A stretch of 64,000 bases of DNA. Source: Eledone cirrhosa (taxonomy: Eukaryota). Both the position numbers and the translations under genes were made by a program. Below the pieces are notes generated by a model, which saw only the letters and a list, made by a program, of their open reading frames with translations, had not been told where the DNA came from and searched no databases. Positions within the stretch are counted from its first letter, which is position 1; the number at the start of each line of letters is the position of its first letter. Shown piece after piece: positions 50,149 through 64,000 of the stretch. Location: NCBI GenBank assembly GCA_964016885.1, contig OZ024747.1:65658001-65722000 (forward strand), read 5' to 3'.

Positions 50149-52809
50149 TACAAATATATATATGCGTACGAAAGTGTGGTTACATGATGCCTATGCGAGA
50201 TGTGCGACCCTGCATGGTAGTGAGACATGGACAGCAACTGCAGAGGGTATGCGATGGCTGGAGAGAAAGGAAGCAAGCACGCTCCGTTGGATGTGCAATG
50301 TCAATGTGCGGGAACGACCAAGCATAAACGAGTTGAGAGAGAAACTGTGTTTAAGAGGGATAAGTTGTGGTGTGCAAGAGAGGACTGAGATGGTATGGAC
50401 ATGTGATGCGCATGGAGGTTGAGCGCTGGGTAAAGAAGGGAGACGCAGTAGAGGAAGACCACGAAAAACATGGGCGGAGGTGGTGAGAGCCGACTTCAGA
50501 TCGCTGAAACTCACCAAGGAGATGACGAAGGACCGTGACAAGTGAAGAGATGCTTTGCTCAAGAGGACCTGTCCCACCCTTTCAAGCAGGGAAAAGCGGA
50601 CGTAAAATGATGAACAGACGATGATAATGATGCTCTCTATATATCTATCTCTCTATCAATCTATCCAGATATCTGTGCATCAGTCTATCTATTTACCTGC
50701 ACTTCTCACTCCGTCTCAGGATCACCGAGACATCACCAACAACCAACCCACGCTGTGGGAAACAGTCCTCCCCGGGGCACACCCTGGTACTTCACACCAT
50801 CTGTCTGTCTCGCTGCCTAACTACCGAGAAATCCGGCTTCTGTGCTTGCCTAATTTGTAGGTTATTAGGCAGTTGGCAGGTTTGCGGAAGTTGGTTTTGC
50901 AAATGGTTAAAACACTTGCATCACGAAATTCAAATAGCATCACTCCTTGTTTTATCTTTCTCGTCTTTACCTAGGCCTGCATAAGTTAGTGTTACGGTTA
51001 GTGTTACTGTTAGCGTTACGGCTAGTTTTAGGGTTAATTGAGAGCAAGAAACTGCTGCTAGGTAAAGACAAGAAATTCTGCATTTACAAGCAATTTTTAC
51101 AAACAGCCACAATGACAGGACGGAGACATCGTTATGCTAGCAGGGGATTTCAATGGTCATGTTGGACAGCTCTACGATGGTTACACTGAGGTACATGTTG
51201 GGCACACTTACGGCTTAAGAAATGAAGCAGTGAAACTTCTTGAATTTTGCGATGCAATTGCACTAACCATCTACAACACTAACTTACACAAATCTGCCAA
51301 CCACCTAATAACCTACAAATCAGGCAAGCACATAAGCCAGATTGACTTCTTGCTAGTTAGGCAGCGGGACAGGCAGATGGTGTCAAATACAAAGGCATAC
51401 CCCGGGGAAGAATGTACCCCACAGCATAGGTTAGTCGTTAGTGATATCTCATTAAGCAAGAGACTGAATGAGACATACAGGAAGGTGTGGAAAAAAGAAA
51501 GGTCTGGAAGCTAAAAGAGCTCTCACTAAAATACAAATTTAGGAAAGCCCTTCAATATGTGTATGATGAAAAAGAAGACGATTTAGAGTCGTACAACATA
51601 GATGATAACTGGAATTTCTTATGCGATACCTTACTGCAGGTTACTGATGAAACTTGTGGCTGGATCAGAGTTCCAACCAGACAGAGAGTGACATGGTGGT
51701 GGGACAGCACGGTAGATCGGGCCATTGGAGACTAAAGACTAGCATGGAATGCTTGCAAAATTAGTGCGAGTAGAGAAGAATATACAGCCGCTAAGAGAGA
51801 AGCTAGACGTCAGGTGTACTTAGCATGCAAGGAGGCTGCTCGACGACGTGCGCTGTTCCGTACTGCAAGGCAGTGTGTCAGTGAAAATCGGGATTAAGTC
51901 TGTCCGCAATGATGCCGCTGTACTTTGTGTCACGAATGAGTGTTGATGAGTAGAAAAGAGGACAAAACTCTATTCCGTCAGGGAAATGGCCATGTTCGAT
52001 ATGCAGAAACGGAACTGGCATAAATTATATAAAACGTACACAAAAGATCGAGTGCGATAGCAGGCACGTAGTGGGATAGCAGGCAAACTAACAGCATATT
52101 TTGATTATAATAAAACAAATAATAATAGTAATAATAATAATAATAATCGTCATTGTTCTTTTCTTCTGTGCCTTTCTTTGCCTTCTCTGTCATCTGAATA
52201 ACAAAAATAAAAGAAAAAAAGAATCTTAAACATATGTTGCCTTTACAAAGTGCTGTGATCAAAGTAGCTTTTAAGCAATTTCCTAACTAACAAACAACAT
52301 CAACAAAATATATACAAATATCTTTGAATGTCAAGTCCACCAAGAGAAAATAGTCATAATGTACTTACAGATACAATGCTAGGGACTCGCATCAATGAGT
52401 TTTAGTAGAAAATGACTGACTGACTGTTGAGGGACAGAGGTGTGTTTTCAAATATTTATCAATTCACAACAAAGCCTCACAAAGCTACATCATAATGCAA
52501 ACTCACAACACCCTTCTTATGCAACCTCACCAAGCAACCCCACAACACAACCTCACGTTCACAATTCACAACACTCAACAAGGCATTCGTTATCTAGGGT
52601 TTACAGTAAACATAGCGAGGTAAAACACACCCAGTACACTCTGTAAAGTGGTCATTAGGTTAAGATTAAACTGAAATCATACCTCCATTGTCGTTGGCGT
52701 ATATTTTCTCTAAAACTTAATTTCATTGCTTTCATTTCTCTTCTTTTTCTTCTATTCCATCTAAATATGAAAAAAATTATACAGGTCATTTCGTCTTATC
52801 AAGAGGTCC

Positions 52810-52846
<37 letters not shown>

Positions 52847-55800
52847 GAGATAATACCTTAAAATAATGGTAAAAAAAGTGTTTAATTACGAAAATCCTTT
52901 GAAATAACTTCCTCGCTCTTACTGGTCATACCTGCAAAACACAAAACACTAGCGTTAGAGTGAACAGTGCAGTGCAGTGCAGTGCAGTGCAGTGTAGTGT
53001 AGTGTAATTTAGTATGGTGCAGTTTAGTGGCACAGTACACTGTAAAACATTTAGCCAATCTCTCAGACATTTACAAATCTTTCAAGATATATATATATAT
53101 ATATATATATATGGGAGAGAGAGAAATTACCCTCAGTAGATCAGACAGAGGGACCAGCTATTGAGATTAACGAATATAGGGTCCAAGAGGCGATTAAGGA
53201 AATGAAAAATGGTGAGGCTGCTGGACCATCGGAGATAGTTGCTGAGATGCTGAAGGCCTCAGGGGACGTAGGCACTAAACTGGTTGCACACATCATCAAT
53301 CAGGCTATATATGGCAGTGTCATACCCAAAGACTAGTGCAAAAGTAAAGGGGACGCTCTTGAGAGGAGAAATTATAGGGATATAAAACTGATGGATCAGG
53401 TTATGAAAGTGGCAGAAAGGATATTAGCACAACTAATTAGAGAAAGGGTCAAACTAGATGAGATGCAGTTTGGTTTTGTGCCTGGGAATAGTACAACAGA
53501 TGCCCTCTTCTTGATGAGACAATTACAAGAGAGGTTCTTAGAGAAAAATAAGCCACTATACTTAGCCTTTGTTGACCTAGAGAAGGCCTTTGATAGGGTA
53601 CGCCGATCTGTCATCTTATTATTTAACCTATAAATGGGGCCCCAACAGGTACTACTACACCAGACCAGAGCAGACCTGGGAGTTATGACAACTAAGGGGG
53701 TAACTCCACGTTCCCCACAGTTCCTCCTGAACTTGAGCCTTGCCACTGGATGTAGTTTAATGTCATACCCAGGACAAATATATACATACATATATATATA
53801 TATATATACATACACACATATATATATATATATATATACATATATACAAATATATATATGCGTACGAAAGTGTGGTTACATGATGCCTATGCGAGATGTG
53901 CGACCCTGCATGGTAGTGAGACATGGACAGCAACTGCAGAGGGTATGCGATGGCTGGAGAGAAATGAAGCAAGCACGCTCCGTTGGATGTGCAATGTCAA
54001 TGTGCGGGAACGACCAAGCATAAACGAGTTGAGAGAGAAACTGTGTTTAAGAGGGATAAGTTGTGGTGTGCAAGAGAGGACTGAGATGGTATGGACATGT
54101 GATGCGCATGGAGGTTGAGCGCTGGGTAAAGAAGGGAGACGCAGTAGAGGAAGACCACGAAAAACATGGGTGGAGGTGGTGAGAGCCGACTTCAGATCGC
54201 TGAAACTCACCAAGGAGATGACGAAGGACCGTGACAAGTGAAGAGATGCTTTGCTCAAGAGGACCTGTCCCACCCTTTCAAGCAGGGAAAAGCGGACGTA
54301 AAATGATGAACAGACGATGATAATGATGCTCTCTATATATCTATCTCTCTATCAATCTATCCAGATATCTGTGCATCAGTCTATCTATTTACCTGCACTT
54401 CTCACTCCGTCTCAGGATCACCGAGACATCACCAACAACCAACCCACGCTGTGGGAAACAGTCCTCCCCGGGGCACACCCTGGTACTTCACACCATCTGT
54501 CTGTCTCGCTGCCTAACTACCGAGAAATCCGGCTTCTGTGCTTGCCTAATTTGTAGGTTATTAGGCAGTTGGCAGGTTTGCGGAAGTTGGTTTTGCAAAT
54601 GGTTAAAACACTTGCATCACGAAATTCAAATAGCATCACTCCTTGTTTTATCTTTCTCGTCTTTACCTAGGCCTGCATAAGTTAGTGTTACGGTTAGTGT
54701 TACTGTTAGCGTTACGGCTAGTTTTAGGGTTAATTGAGAGCAAGAAACTGCTGCTAGGTAAAGACAAGAAATTCTGCATTTACAAGCAATTTTTACAAAC
54801 AGCCACAATGACAGGACGGAGACATCGTTATGCTAGCAGGGGATTTCAATGGTCATGTTGGACAGCTCTACGATGGTTACACTGAGGTACATGTTGGGCA
54901 CACTTACGGCTTAAGAAATGAAGCAGTGAAACTTCTTGAATTTTGCGATGCAATTGCACTAACCATCTACAACACTAACTTACACAAATCTGCCAACCAC
55001 CTAATAACCTACAAATCAGGCAAGCACATAAGCCAGATTGACTTCTTGCTAGTTAGGCAGCGGGACAGGCAGATGGTGTCAAATACAAAGGCATACCCCG
55101 GGGAAGAATGTACCCCACAGCATAGGTTAGTCGTTAGTGATATCTCATTAAGCAAGAGACTGAATGAGACATACAGGAAGGTGTGGAAAAAAGAAAGGTC
55201 TGGAAGCTAAAAGAGCTCTCACTAAAATACAAATTTAGGAAAGCCCTTCAATATGTGTATGATGAAAAAGAAGACGATTTAGAGTCGTACAACATAGATG
55301 ATAACTGGAATTTCTTATGCGATACCTTACTGCAGGTTACTGATGAAACTTGTGGCTGGATCAGAGTTCCAACCAGACAGAGAGTGACATGGTGGTGGGA
55401 CAGCACGGTAGATCGGGCCATTGGAGACTAAAGACTAGCATGGAATGCTTGCAAAATTAGTGCGAGTAGAGAAGAATATACAGCCGCTAAGAGAGAAGCT
55501 AGACGTCAGGTGTACTTAGCATGCAAGGAGGCTGCTCGACGACGTGCGCTGTTCCGTACTGCAAGGCAGTGTGTCAGTGAAAATCGGGATTAAGTCTGTC
55601 CGCAATGATGCCGCTGTACTTTGTGTCACGAATGAGTGTTGATGAGTAGAAAAGAGGACAAAACTCTATTCCGTCAGGGAAATGGCCATGTTCGATATGC
55701 AGAAACGGAACTGGCATAAATTATATAAAACGTACACAAAAGATCGAGTGCGATAGCAGGCACGTAGTGGGATAGCAGGCAAACTAACAGCATATTTTGA

Positions 55801-56505
55801 TTATAATAAAACAAATAATAATAGTAATAATAATAATAATAATCGTCATTGTTCTTTTCTTCTGTGCCTTTCTTTGCCTTCTCTGTCATCTGAATAACAA
55901 AAATAAAAGAAAAAAAGAATCTTAAACATATGTTGCCTTTACAAAGTGCTGTGATCAAAGTAGCTTTTAAGCAATTTCCTAACTAACAAACAACATCAAC
56001 AAAATATATACAAATATCTTTGAATGTCAAGTCCACCAAGAGAAAATAGTCATAATGTACTTACAGATACAATGCTAGGGACTCGCATCAATGAGTTTTA
56101 GTAGAAAATGACTGACTGACTGTTGAGGGACAGAGGTGTGTTTTCAAATATTTATCAATTCACAACAAAGCCTCACAAAGCTACATCATAATGCAAACTC
56201 ACAACACCCTTCTTATGCAACCTCACCAAGCAACCCCACAACACAACCTCACGTTCACAATTCACAACACTCAACAAGGCATTCGTTATCTAGGGTTTAC
56301 AGTAAACATAGCGAGGTAAAACACACCCAGTACACTCTGTAAAGTGGTCATTAGGTTAAGATTAAACTGAAATCATACCTCCATTGTCGTTGGCGTATAT
56401 TTTCTCTAAAACTTAATTTCATTGCTTTCATTTCTCTTCTTTTTCTTCTATTCCATCTAAATATGAAAAAAATTATACAGGTCATTTCGTCTTATCAAGA
56501 GGTCC

Positions 56506-56542
<37 letters not shown>

Positions 56543-57507
56543 GAGATAATACCTTAAAATAATGGTAAAAAAAGTGTTTAATTACGAAAATCCTTTGAAA
56601 TAACTTCCTCGCTCTTACTGGTCATACCTGCAAAACACAAAACACTAGCGTTAGAGTGAACAGTGCAGTGCAGTGCAGTGCAGTGCAGTGTAGTGTAGTG
56701 TAATTTAGTATGGTGCAGTTTAGTGGCACAGTACACTGTAAAACATTTAGCCAATCTCTCAGACATTTACAAATCTTTCAAGATATATATATATATATAT
56801 ATATATATGGGAGAGAGAGAAATTACCCTCAGTAGATCAGACAGAGGGACCAGCTATTGAGATTAACGAATATAGGGTCCAAGAGGCGATTAAGGAAATG
56901 AAAAATGGTGAGGCTGCTGGACCATCGGAGATAGTTGCTGAGATGCTGAAGGCCTCAGGGGACGTAGGCACTAAACTGGTTGCACACATCATCAATCAGG
57001 CTATATATGGCAGTGTCATACCCAAAGACTAGTGCAAAAGTAAAGGGGACGCTCTTGAGAGGAGAAATTATAGGGATATAAAACTGATGGATCAGGTTAT
57101 GAAAGTGGCAGAAAGGATATTAGCACAACTAATTAGAGAAAGGGTCAAACTAGATGAGATGCAGTTTGGTTTTGTGCCTGGGAATAGTACAACAGATGCC
57201 CTCTTCTTGATGAGACAATTACAAGAGAGGTTCTTAGAGAAAAATAAGCCACTATACTTAGCCTTTGTTGACCTAGAGAAGGCCTTTGATAGGGTACGCC
57301 GATCTGTCATCTTATTATTTAACCTATAAATGGGGCCCCAACAGGTACTACTACACCAGGCCAGAGCAGACCTGGGAGTTATGACAACTAAGGGGGTAAC
57401 TCCACGTTCCCCACAGTTCCTCCTGAACTTGAGCCTTGCCACTGGATGTAGTTTAATGTCATACCCAGGACAAATATATACATACATATATATATATATA
57501 TATACAT

Positions 57508-57548
<41 letters not shown>

Positions 57549-60209
57549 TACAAATATATATATGCGTACGAAAGTGTGGTTACATGATGCCTATGCGAGA
57601 TGTGCGACCCTGCATGGTAGTGAGACATGGACAGCAACTGCAGAGGGTATGCGATGGCTGGAGAGAAAGGAAGCAAGCACGCTCCGTTGGATGTGCAATG
57701 TCAATGTGCGGGAACGACCAAGCATAAACGAGTTGAGAGAGAAACTGTGTTTAAGAGGGATAAGTTGTGGTGTGCAAGAGAGGACTGAGATGGTATGGAC
57801 ATGTGATGCGCATGGAGGTTGAGCGCTGGGTAAAGAAGGGAGACGCAGTAGAGGAAGACCACGAAAAACATGGGCGGAGGTGGTGAGAGCCGACTTCAGA
57901 TCGCTGAAACTCACCAAGGAGATGACGAAGGACCGTGACAAGTGAAGAGATGCTTTGCTCAAGAGGACCTGTCCCACCCTTTCAAGCAGGGAAAAGCGGA
58001 CGTAAAATGATGAACAGACGATGATAATGATGCTCTCTATATATCTATCTCTCTATCAATCTATCCAGATATCTGTGCATCAGTCTATCTATTTACCTGC
58101 ACTTCTCACTCCGTCTCAGGATCACCGAGACATCACCAACAACCAACCCACGCTGTGGGAAACAGTCCTCCCCGGGGCACACCCTGGTACTTCACACCAT
58201 CTGTCTGTCTCGCTGCCTAACTACCGAGAAATCCGGCTTCTGTGCTTGCCTAATTTGTAGGTTATTAGGCAGTTGGCAGGTTTGCGGAAGTTGGTTTTGC
58301 AAATGGTTAAAACACTTGCATCACGAAATTCAAATAGCATCACTCCTTGTTTTATCTTTCTCGTCTTTACCTAGGCCTGCATAAGTTAGTGTTACGGTTA
58401 GTGTTACTGTTAGCGTTACGGCTAGTTTTAGGGTTAATTGAGAGCAAGAAACTGCTGCTAGGTAAAGACAAGAAATTCTGCATTTACAAGCAATTTTTAC
58501 AAACAGCCACAATGACAGGACGGAGACATCGTTATGCTAGCAGGGGATTTCAATGGTCATGTTGGACAGCTCTACGATGGTTACACTGAGGTACATGTTG
58601 GGCACACTTACGGCTTAAGAAATGAAGCAGTGAAACTTCTTGAATTTTGCGATGCAATTGCACTAACCATCTACAACACTAACTTACACAAATCTGCCAA
58701 CCACCTAATAACCTACAAATCAGGCAAGCACATAAGCCAGATTGACTTCTTGCTAGTTAGGCAGCGGGACAGGCAGATGGTGTCAAATACAAAGGCATAC
58801 CCCGGGGAAGAATGTACCCCACAGCATAGGTTAGTCGTTAGTGATATCTCATTAAGCAAGAGACTGAATGAGACATACAGGAAGGTGTGGAAAAAAGAAA
58901 GGTCTGGAAGCTAAAAGAGCTCTCACTAAAATACAAATTTAGGAAAGCCCTTCAATATGTGTATGATGAAAAAGAAGACGATTTAGAGTCGTACAACATA
59001 GATGATAACTGGAATTTCTTATGCGATACCTTACTGCAGGTTACTGATGAAACTTGTGGCTGGATCAGAGTTCCAACCAGACAGAGAGTGACATGGTGGT
59101 GGGACAGCACGGTAGATCGGGCCATTGGAGACTAAAGACTAGCATGGAATGCTTGCAAAATTAGTGCGAGTAGAGAAGAATATACAGCCGCTAAGAGAGA
59201 AGCTAGACGTCAGGTGTACTTAGCATGCAAGGAGGCTGCTCGACGACGTGCGCTGTTCCGTACTGCAAGGCAGTGTGTCAGTGAAAATCGGGATTAAGTC
59301 TGTCCGCAATGATGCCGCTGTACTTTGTGTCACGAATGAGTGTTGATGAGTAGAAAAGAGGACAAAACTCTATTCCGTCAGGGAAATGGCCATGTTCGAT
59401 ATGCAGAAACGGAACTGGCATAAATTATATAAAACGTACACAAAAGATCGAGTGCGATAGCAGGCACGTAGTGGGATAGCAGGCAAACTAACAGCATATT
59501 TTGATTATAATAAAACAAATAATAATAGTAATAATAATAATAATAATCGTCATTGTTCTTTTCTTCTGTGCCTTTCTTTGCCTTCTCTGTCATCTGAATA
59601 ACAAAAATAAAAGAAAAAAAGAATCTTAAACATATGTTGCCTTTACAAAGTGCTGTGATCAAAGTAGCTTTTAAGCAATTTCCTAACTAACAAACAACAT
59701 CAACAAAATATATACAAATATCTTTGAATGTCAAGTCCACCAAGAGAAAATAGTCATAATGTACTTACAGATACAATGCTAGGGACTCGCATCAATGAGT
59801 TTTAGTAGAAAATGACTGACTGACTGTTGAGGGACAGAGGTGTGTTTTCAAATATTTATCAATTCACAACAAAGCCTCACAAAGCTACATCATAATGCAA
59901 ACTCACAACACCCTTCTTATGCAACCTCACCAAGCAACCCCACAACACAACCTCACGTTCACAATTCACAACACTCAACAAGGCATTCGTTATCTAGGGT
60001 TTACAGTAAACATAGCGAGGTAAAACACACCCAGTACACTCTGTAAAGTGGTCATTAGGTTAAGATTAAACTGAAATCATACCTCCATTGTCGTTGGCGT
60101 ATATTTTCTCTAAAACTTAATTTCATTGCTTTCATTTCTCTTCTTTTTCTTCTATTCCATCTAAATATGAAAAAAATTATACAGGTCATTTCGTCTTATC
60201 AAGAGGTCC

Positions 60210-60247
<38 letters not shown>

Positions 60248-63200
60248 GAGATAATACCTTAAAATAATGGTAAAAAAAGTGTTTAATTACGAAAATCCTT
60301 TGAAATAACTTCCTCGCTCTTACTGGTCATACCTGCAAAACACAAAACACTAGCGTTAGAGTGAACAGTGCAGTGCAGTGCAGTGCAGTGCAGTGTAGTG
60401 TAGTGTAATTTAGTATGGTGCAGTTTAGTGGCACAGTACACTGTAAAACATTTAGCCAATCTCTCAGACATTTACAAATCTTTCAAGATATATATATATA
60501 TATATATATATATATGGGAGAGAGAGAAATTACCCTCAGTAGATCAGACAGAGGGACCAGCTATTGAGATTAACGAATATAGGGTCCAAGAGGCGATTAA
60601 GGAAATGAAAAATGGTGAGGCTGCTGGACCATCGGAGATAGTTGCTGAGATGCTGAAGGCCTCAGGGGACGTAGGCACTAAACTGGTTGCACACATCATC
60701 AATCAGGCTATATATGGCAGTGTCATACCCAAAGACTAGTGCAAAAGTAAAGGGGACGCTCTTGAGAGGAGAAATTATAGGGATATAAAACTGATGGATC
60801 AGGTTATGAAAGTGGCAGAAAGGATATTAGCACAACTAATTAGAGAAAGGGTCAAACTAGATGAGATGCAGTTTGGTTTTGTGCCTGGGAATAGTACAAC
60901 AGATGCCCTCTTCTTGATGAGACAATTACAAGAGAGGTTCTTAGAGAAAAATAAGCCACTATACTTAGCCTTTGTTGACCTAGAGAAGGCCTTTGATAGG
61001 GTACGCCGATCTGTCATCTTATTATTTAACCTATAAATGGGGCCCCAACAGGTACTACTACACCAGGCCAGAGCAGACCTGGGAGTTATGACAACTAAGG
61101 GGGTAACTCCACGTTCCCCACAGTTCCTCCTGAACTTGAGCCTTGCCACTGGATGTAGTTTAATGTCATACCCAGGACAAATATATACATACATATATAT
61201 ATATATATATACATACACACATATATATATATATATATATACATATATACAAATATATATATGCGTACGAAAGTGTGGTTACATGATGCCTATGCGAGAT
61301 GTGCGACCCTGCATGGTAGTGAGACATGGACAGCAACTGCAGAGGGTATGCGATGGCTGGAGAGAAATGAAGCAAGCACGCTCCGTTGGATGTGCAATGT
61401 CAATGTGCGGGAACGACCAAGCATAAACGAGTTGAGAGAGAAACTGTGTTTAAGAGGGATAAGTTGTGGTGTGCAAGAGAGGACTGAGATGGTATGGACA
61501 TGTGATGCGCATGGAGGTTGAGCGCTGGGTAAAGAAGGGAGACGCAGTAGAGGAAGACCACGAAAAACATGGGCGGAGGTGGTGAGAGCCGACTTCAGAT
61601 CGCTGAAACTCACCAAGGAGATGACGAAGGACCGTGACAAGTGAAGAGATGCTTTGCTCAAGAGGACCTGTCCCACCCTTTCAAGCAGGGAAAAGCGGAC
61701 GTAAAATGATGAACAGACGATGATAATGATGCTCTCTATATATCTATCTCTCTATCAATCTATCCAGATATCTGTGCATCAGTCTATCTATTTACCTGCA
61801 CTTCTCACTCCGTCTCAGGATCACCGAGACATCACCAACAACCAACCCACGCTGTGGGAAACAGTCCTCCCCGGGGCACACCCTGGTACTTCACACCATC
61901 TGTCTGTCTCGCTGCCTAACTACCGAGAAATCCGGCTTCTGTGCTTGCCTAATTTGCAGGTTATTAGGCAGTTGGCAGGTTTGCGGAAGTTGGTTTTGCA
62001 AATGGTTAAAACACTTGCATCACGAAATTCAAATAGCATCACTCCTTGTTTTATCTTTCTCGTCTTTACCTAGGCCTGCATAAGTTAGTGTTACGGTTAG
62101 TGTTACTGTTAGCGTTACGGCTAGTTTTAGGGTTAATTGAGAGCAAGAAACTGCTGCTAGGTAAAGACAAGAAATTCTGCATTTACAAGCAATTTTTACA
62201 AACAGCCACAATGACAGGACGGAGACATCGTTATGCTAGCAGGGGATTTCAATGGTCATGTTGGACAGCTCTACGATGGTTACACTGAGGTACATGTTGG
62301 GCACACTTACGGCTTAAGAAATGAAGCAGTGAAACTTCTTGAATTTTGCGATGCAATTGCACTAACCATCTACAACACTAACTTACACAAATCTGCCAAC
62401 CACCTAATAACCTACAAATCAGGCAAGCACATAAGCCAGATTGACTTCTTGCTAGTTAGGCAGCGGGACAGGCAGATGGTGTCAAATACAAAGGCATACC
62501 CCGGGGAAGAATGTACCCCACAGCATAGGTTAGTCGTTAGTGATATCTCATTAAGCAAGAGACTGAATGAGACATACAGGAAGGTGTGGAAAAAAGAAAG
62601 GTCTGGAAGCTAAAAGAGCTCTCACTAAAATACAAATTTAGGAAAGCCCTTCAATATGTGTATGATGAAAAAGAAGACGATTTAGAGTCGTACAACATAG
62701 ATGATAACTGGAATTTCTTATGCGATACCTTACTGCAGGTTACTGATGAAACTTGTGGCTGGATCAGAGTTCCAACCAGACAGAGAGTGACATGGTGGTG
62801 GGACAGCACGGTAGATCGGGCCATTGGAGACTAAAGACTAGCATGGAATGCTTGCAAAATTAGTGCGAGTAGAGAAGAATATACAGCCGCTAAGAGAGAA
62901 GCTAGACGTCAGGTGTACTTAGCATGCAAGGAGGCTGCTCGACGACGTGCGCTGTTCCGTACTGCAAGGCAGTGTGTCAGTGAAAATCGGGATTAAGTCT
63001 GTCCGCAATGATGCCGCTGTACTTTGTGTCACGAATGAGTGTTGATGAGTAGAAAAGAGGACAAAACTCTATTCCGTCAGGGAAATGGCCATGTTCGATA
63101 TGCAGAAACGGAACTGGCATAAATTATATAAAACGTACACAAAAGATCGAGTGCGATAGCAGGCACGTAGTGGGATAGCAGGCAAACTAACAGCATATTT

Positions 63201-63907
63201 TGATTATAATAAAACAAATAATAATAGTAATAATAATAATAATAATCGTCATTGTTCTTTTCTTCTGTGCCTTTCTTTGCCTTCTCTGTCATCTGAATAA
63301 CAAAAATAAAAGAAAAAAAGAATCTTAAACATATGTTGCCTTTACAAAGTGCTGTGATCAAAGTAGCTTTTAAGCAATTTCCTAACTAACAAACAACATC
63401 AACAAAATATATACAAATATCTTTGAATGTCAAGTCCACCAAGAGAAAATAGTCATAATGTACTTACAGATACAATGCTAGGGACTCGCATCAATGAGTT
63501 TTAGTAGAAAATGACTGACTGACTGTTGAGGGACAGAGGTGTGTTTTCAAATATTTATCAATTCACAACAAAGCCTCACAAAGCTACATCATAATGCAAA
63601 CTCACAACACCCTTCTTATGCAACCTCACCAAGCAACCCCACAACACAACCTCACGTTCACAATTCACAACACTCAACAAGGCATTCGTTATCTAGGGTT
63701 TACAGTAAACATAGCGAGGTAAAACACACCCAGTACACTCTGTAAAGTGGTCATTAGGTTAAGATTAAACTGAAATCATACCTCCATTGTCGTTGGCGTA
63801 TATTTTCTCTAAAACTTAATTTCATTGCTTTCATTTCTCTTCTTTTTCTTCTATTCCATCTAAATATGAAAAAAATTATACAGGTCATTTCGTCTTATCA
63901 AGAGGTC

Positions 63908-63946
<39 letters not shown>

Positions 63947-64000
63947 GAGATAATACCTTAAAATAATGGTAAAAAAAGTGTTTAATTACGAAAATCCTTT

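Larger units (their letters stand above)
27985..64000. repeat. Head-to-tail tandem array (macrosatellite), ~9.7 copies of a 3696-3705-bp unit, running off the window end
   Basis: An identical marker ORF starts at 28411, 32116, 35820, 39522, 43221, 46917, 50621, 54317, 58021 and 61720. Units differ only in microsatellite lengths and a few SNPs. Confidence 0.99.

Noticed and set aside
27985-64000. Array as a CRISPR, rDNA, 5S, snRNA or histone gene cluster
   Set aside because: There is no repeat-spacer structure, and I found no U1/U2/U4/U5/U6, 5S, tRNA or histone signature in the unit by eye. An Rfam scan would be needed to exclude divergent RNAs.

Overview
AT-rich eukaryotic (animal) genomic DNA. 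The RTE LINE, Helitron, Penelope and tRNA-SINE content plus long (TA)n/(CA)n microsatellites strongly resemble a cephalopod (Octopus-like) genome; this is inferred, not verified. There is no intact gene, CRISPR array or rRNA. Bases 1-28 kb are mostly decayed transposons: RTE, R4-like and Tx1-like LINE fragments, Helitrons (one with a readable RepHel remnant), SINEs, and Penelope-type termini, one with an intact hammerhead ribozyme core. This half also has an old local triplication and two minus-strand exon candidates (1171-1224 and 11633-11779). From ~27985 to the window end is a head-to-tail array of ~9.7 nearly identical 3.70-kb units built from RTE fragments. Each unit contains (i) a ~260-bp inverted duplication of the RTE endonuclease segment whose differences are strongly skewed (A>G and C>T), so they give G-U pairs only in a minus-strand RNA, and (ii) a chain of canonical minus-strand splice sites defining short, apparently non-coding exons. 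My best hypothesis is a recently amplified, spliced, antisense long-hairpin RNA cassette (an endo-siRNA source or ADAR substrate) derived from a retrotransposon. All alignments and counts were made by eye and need computational confirmation.
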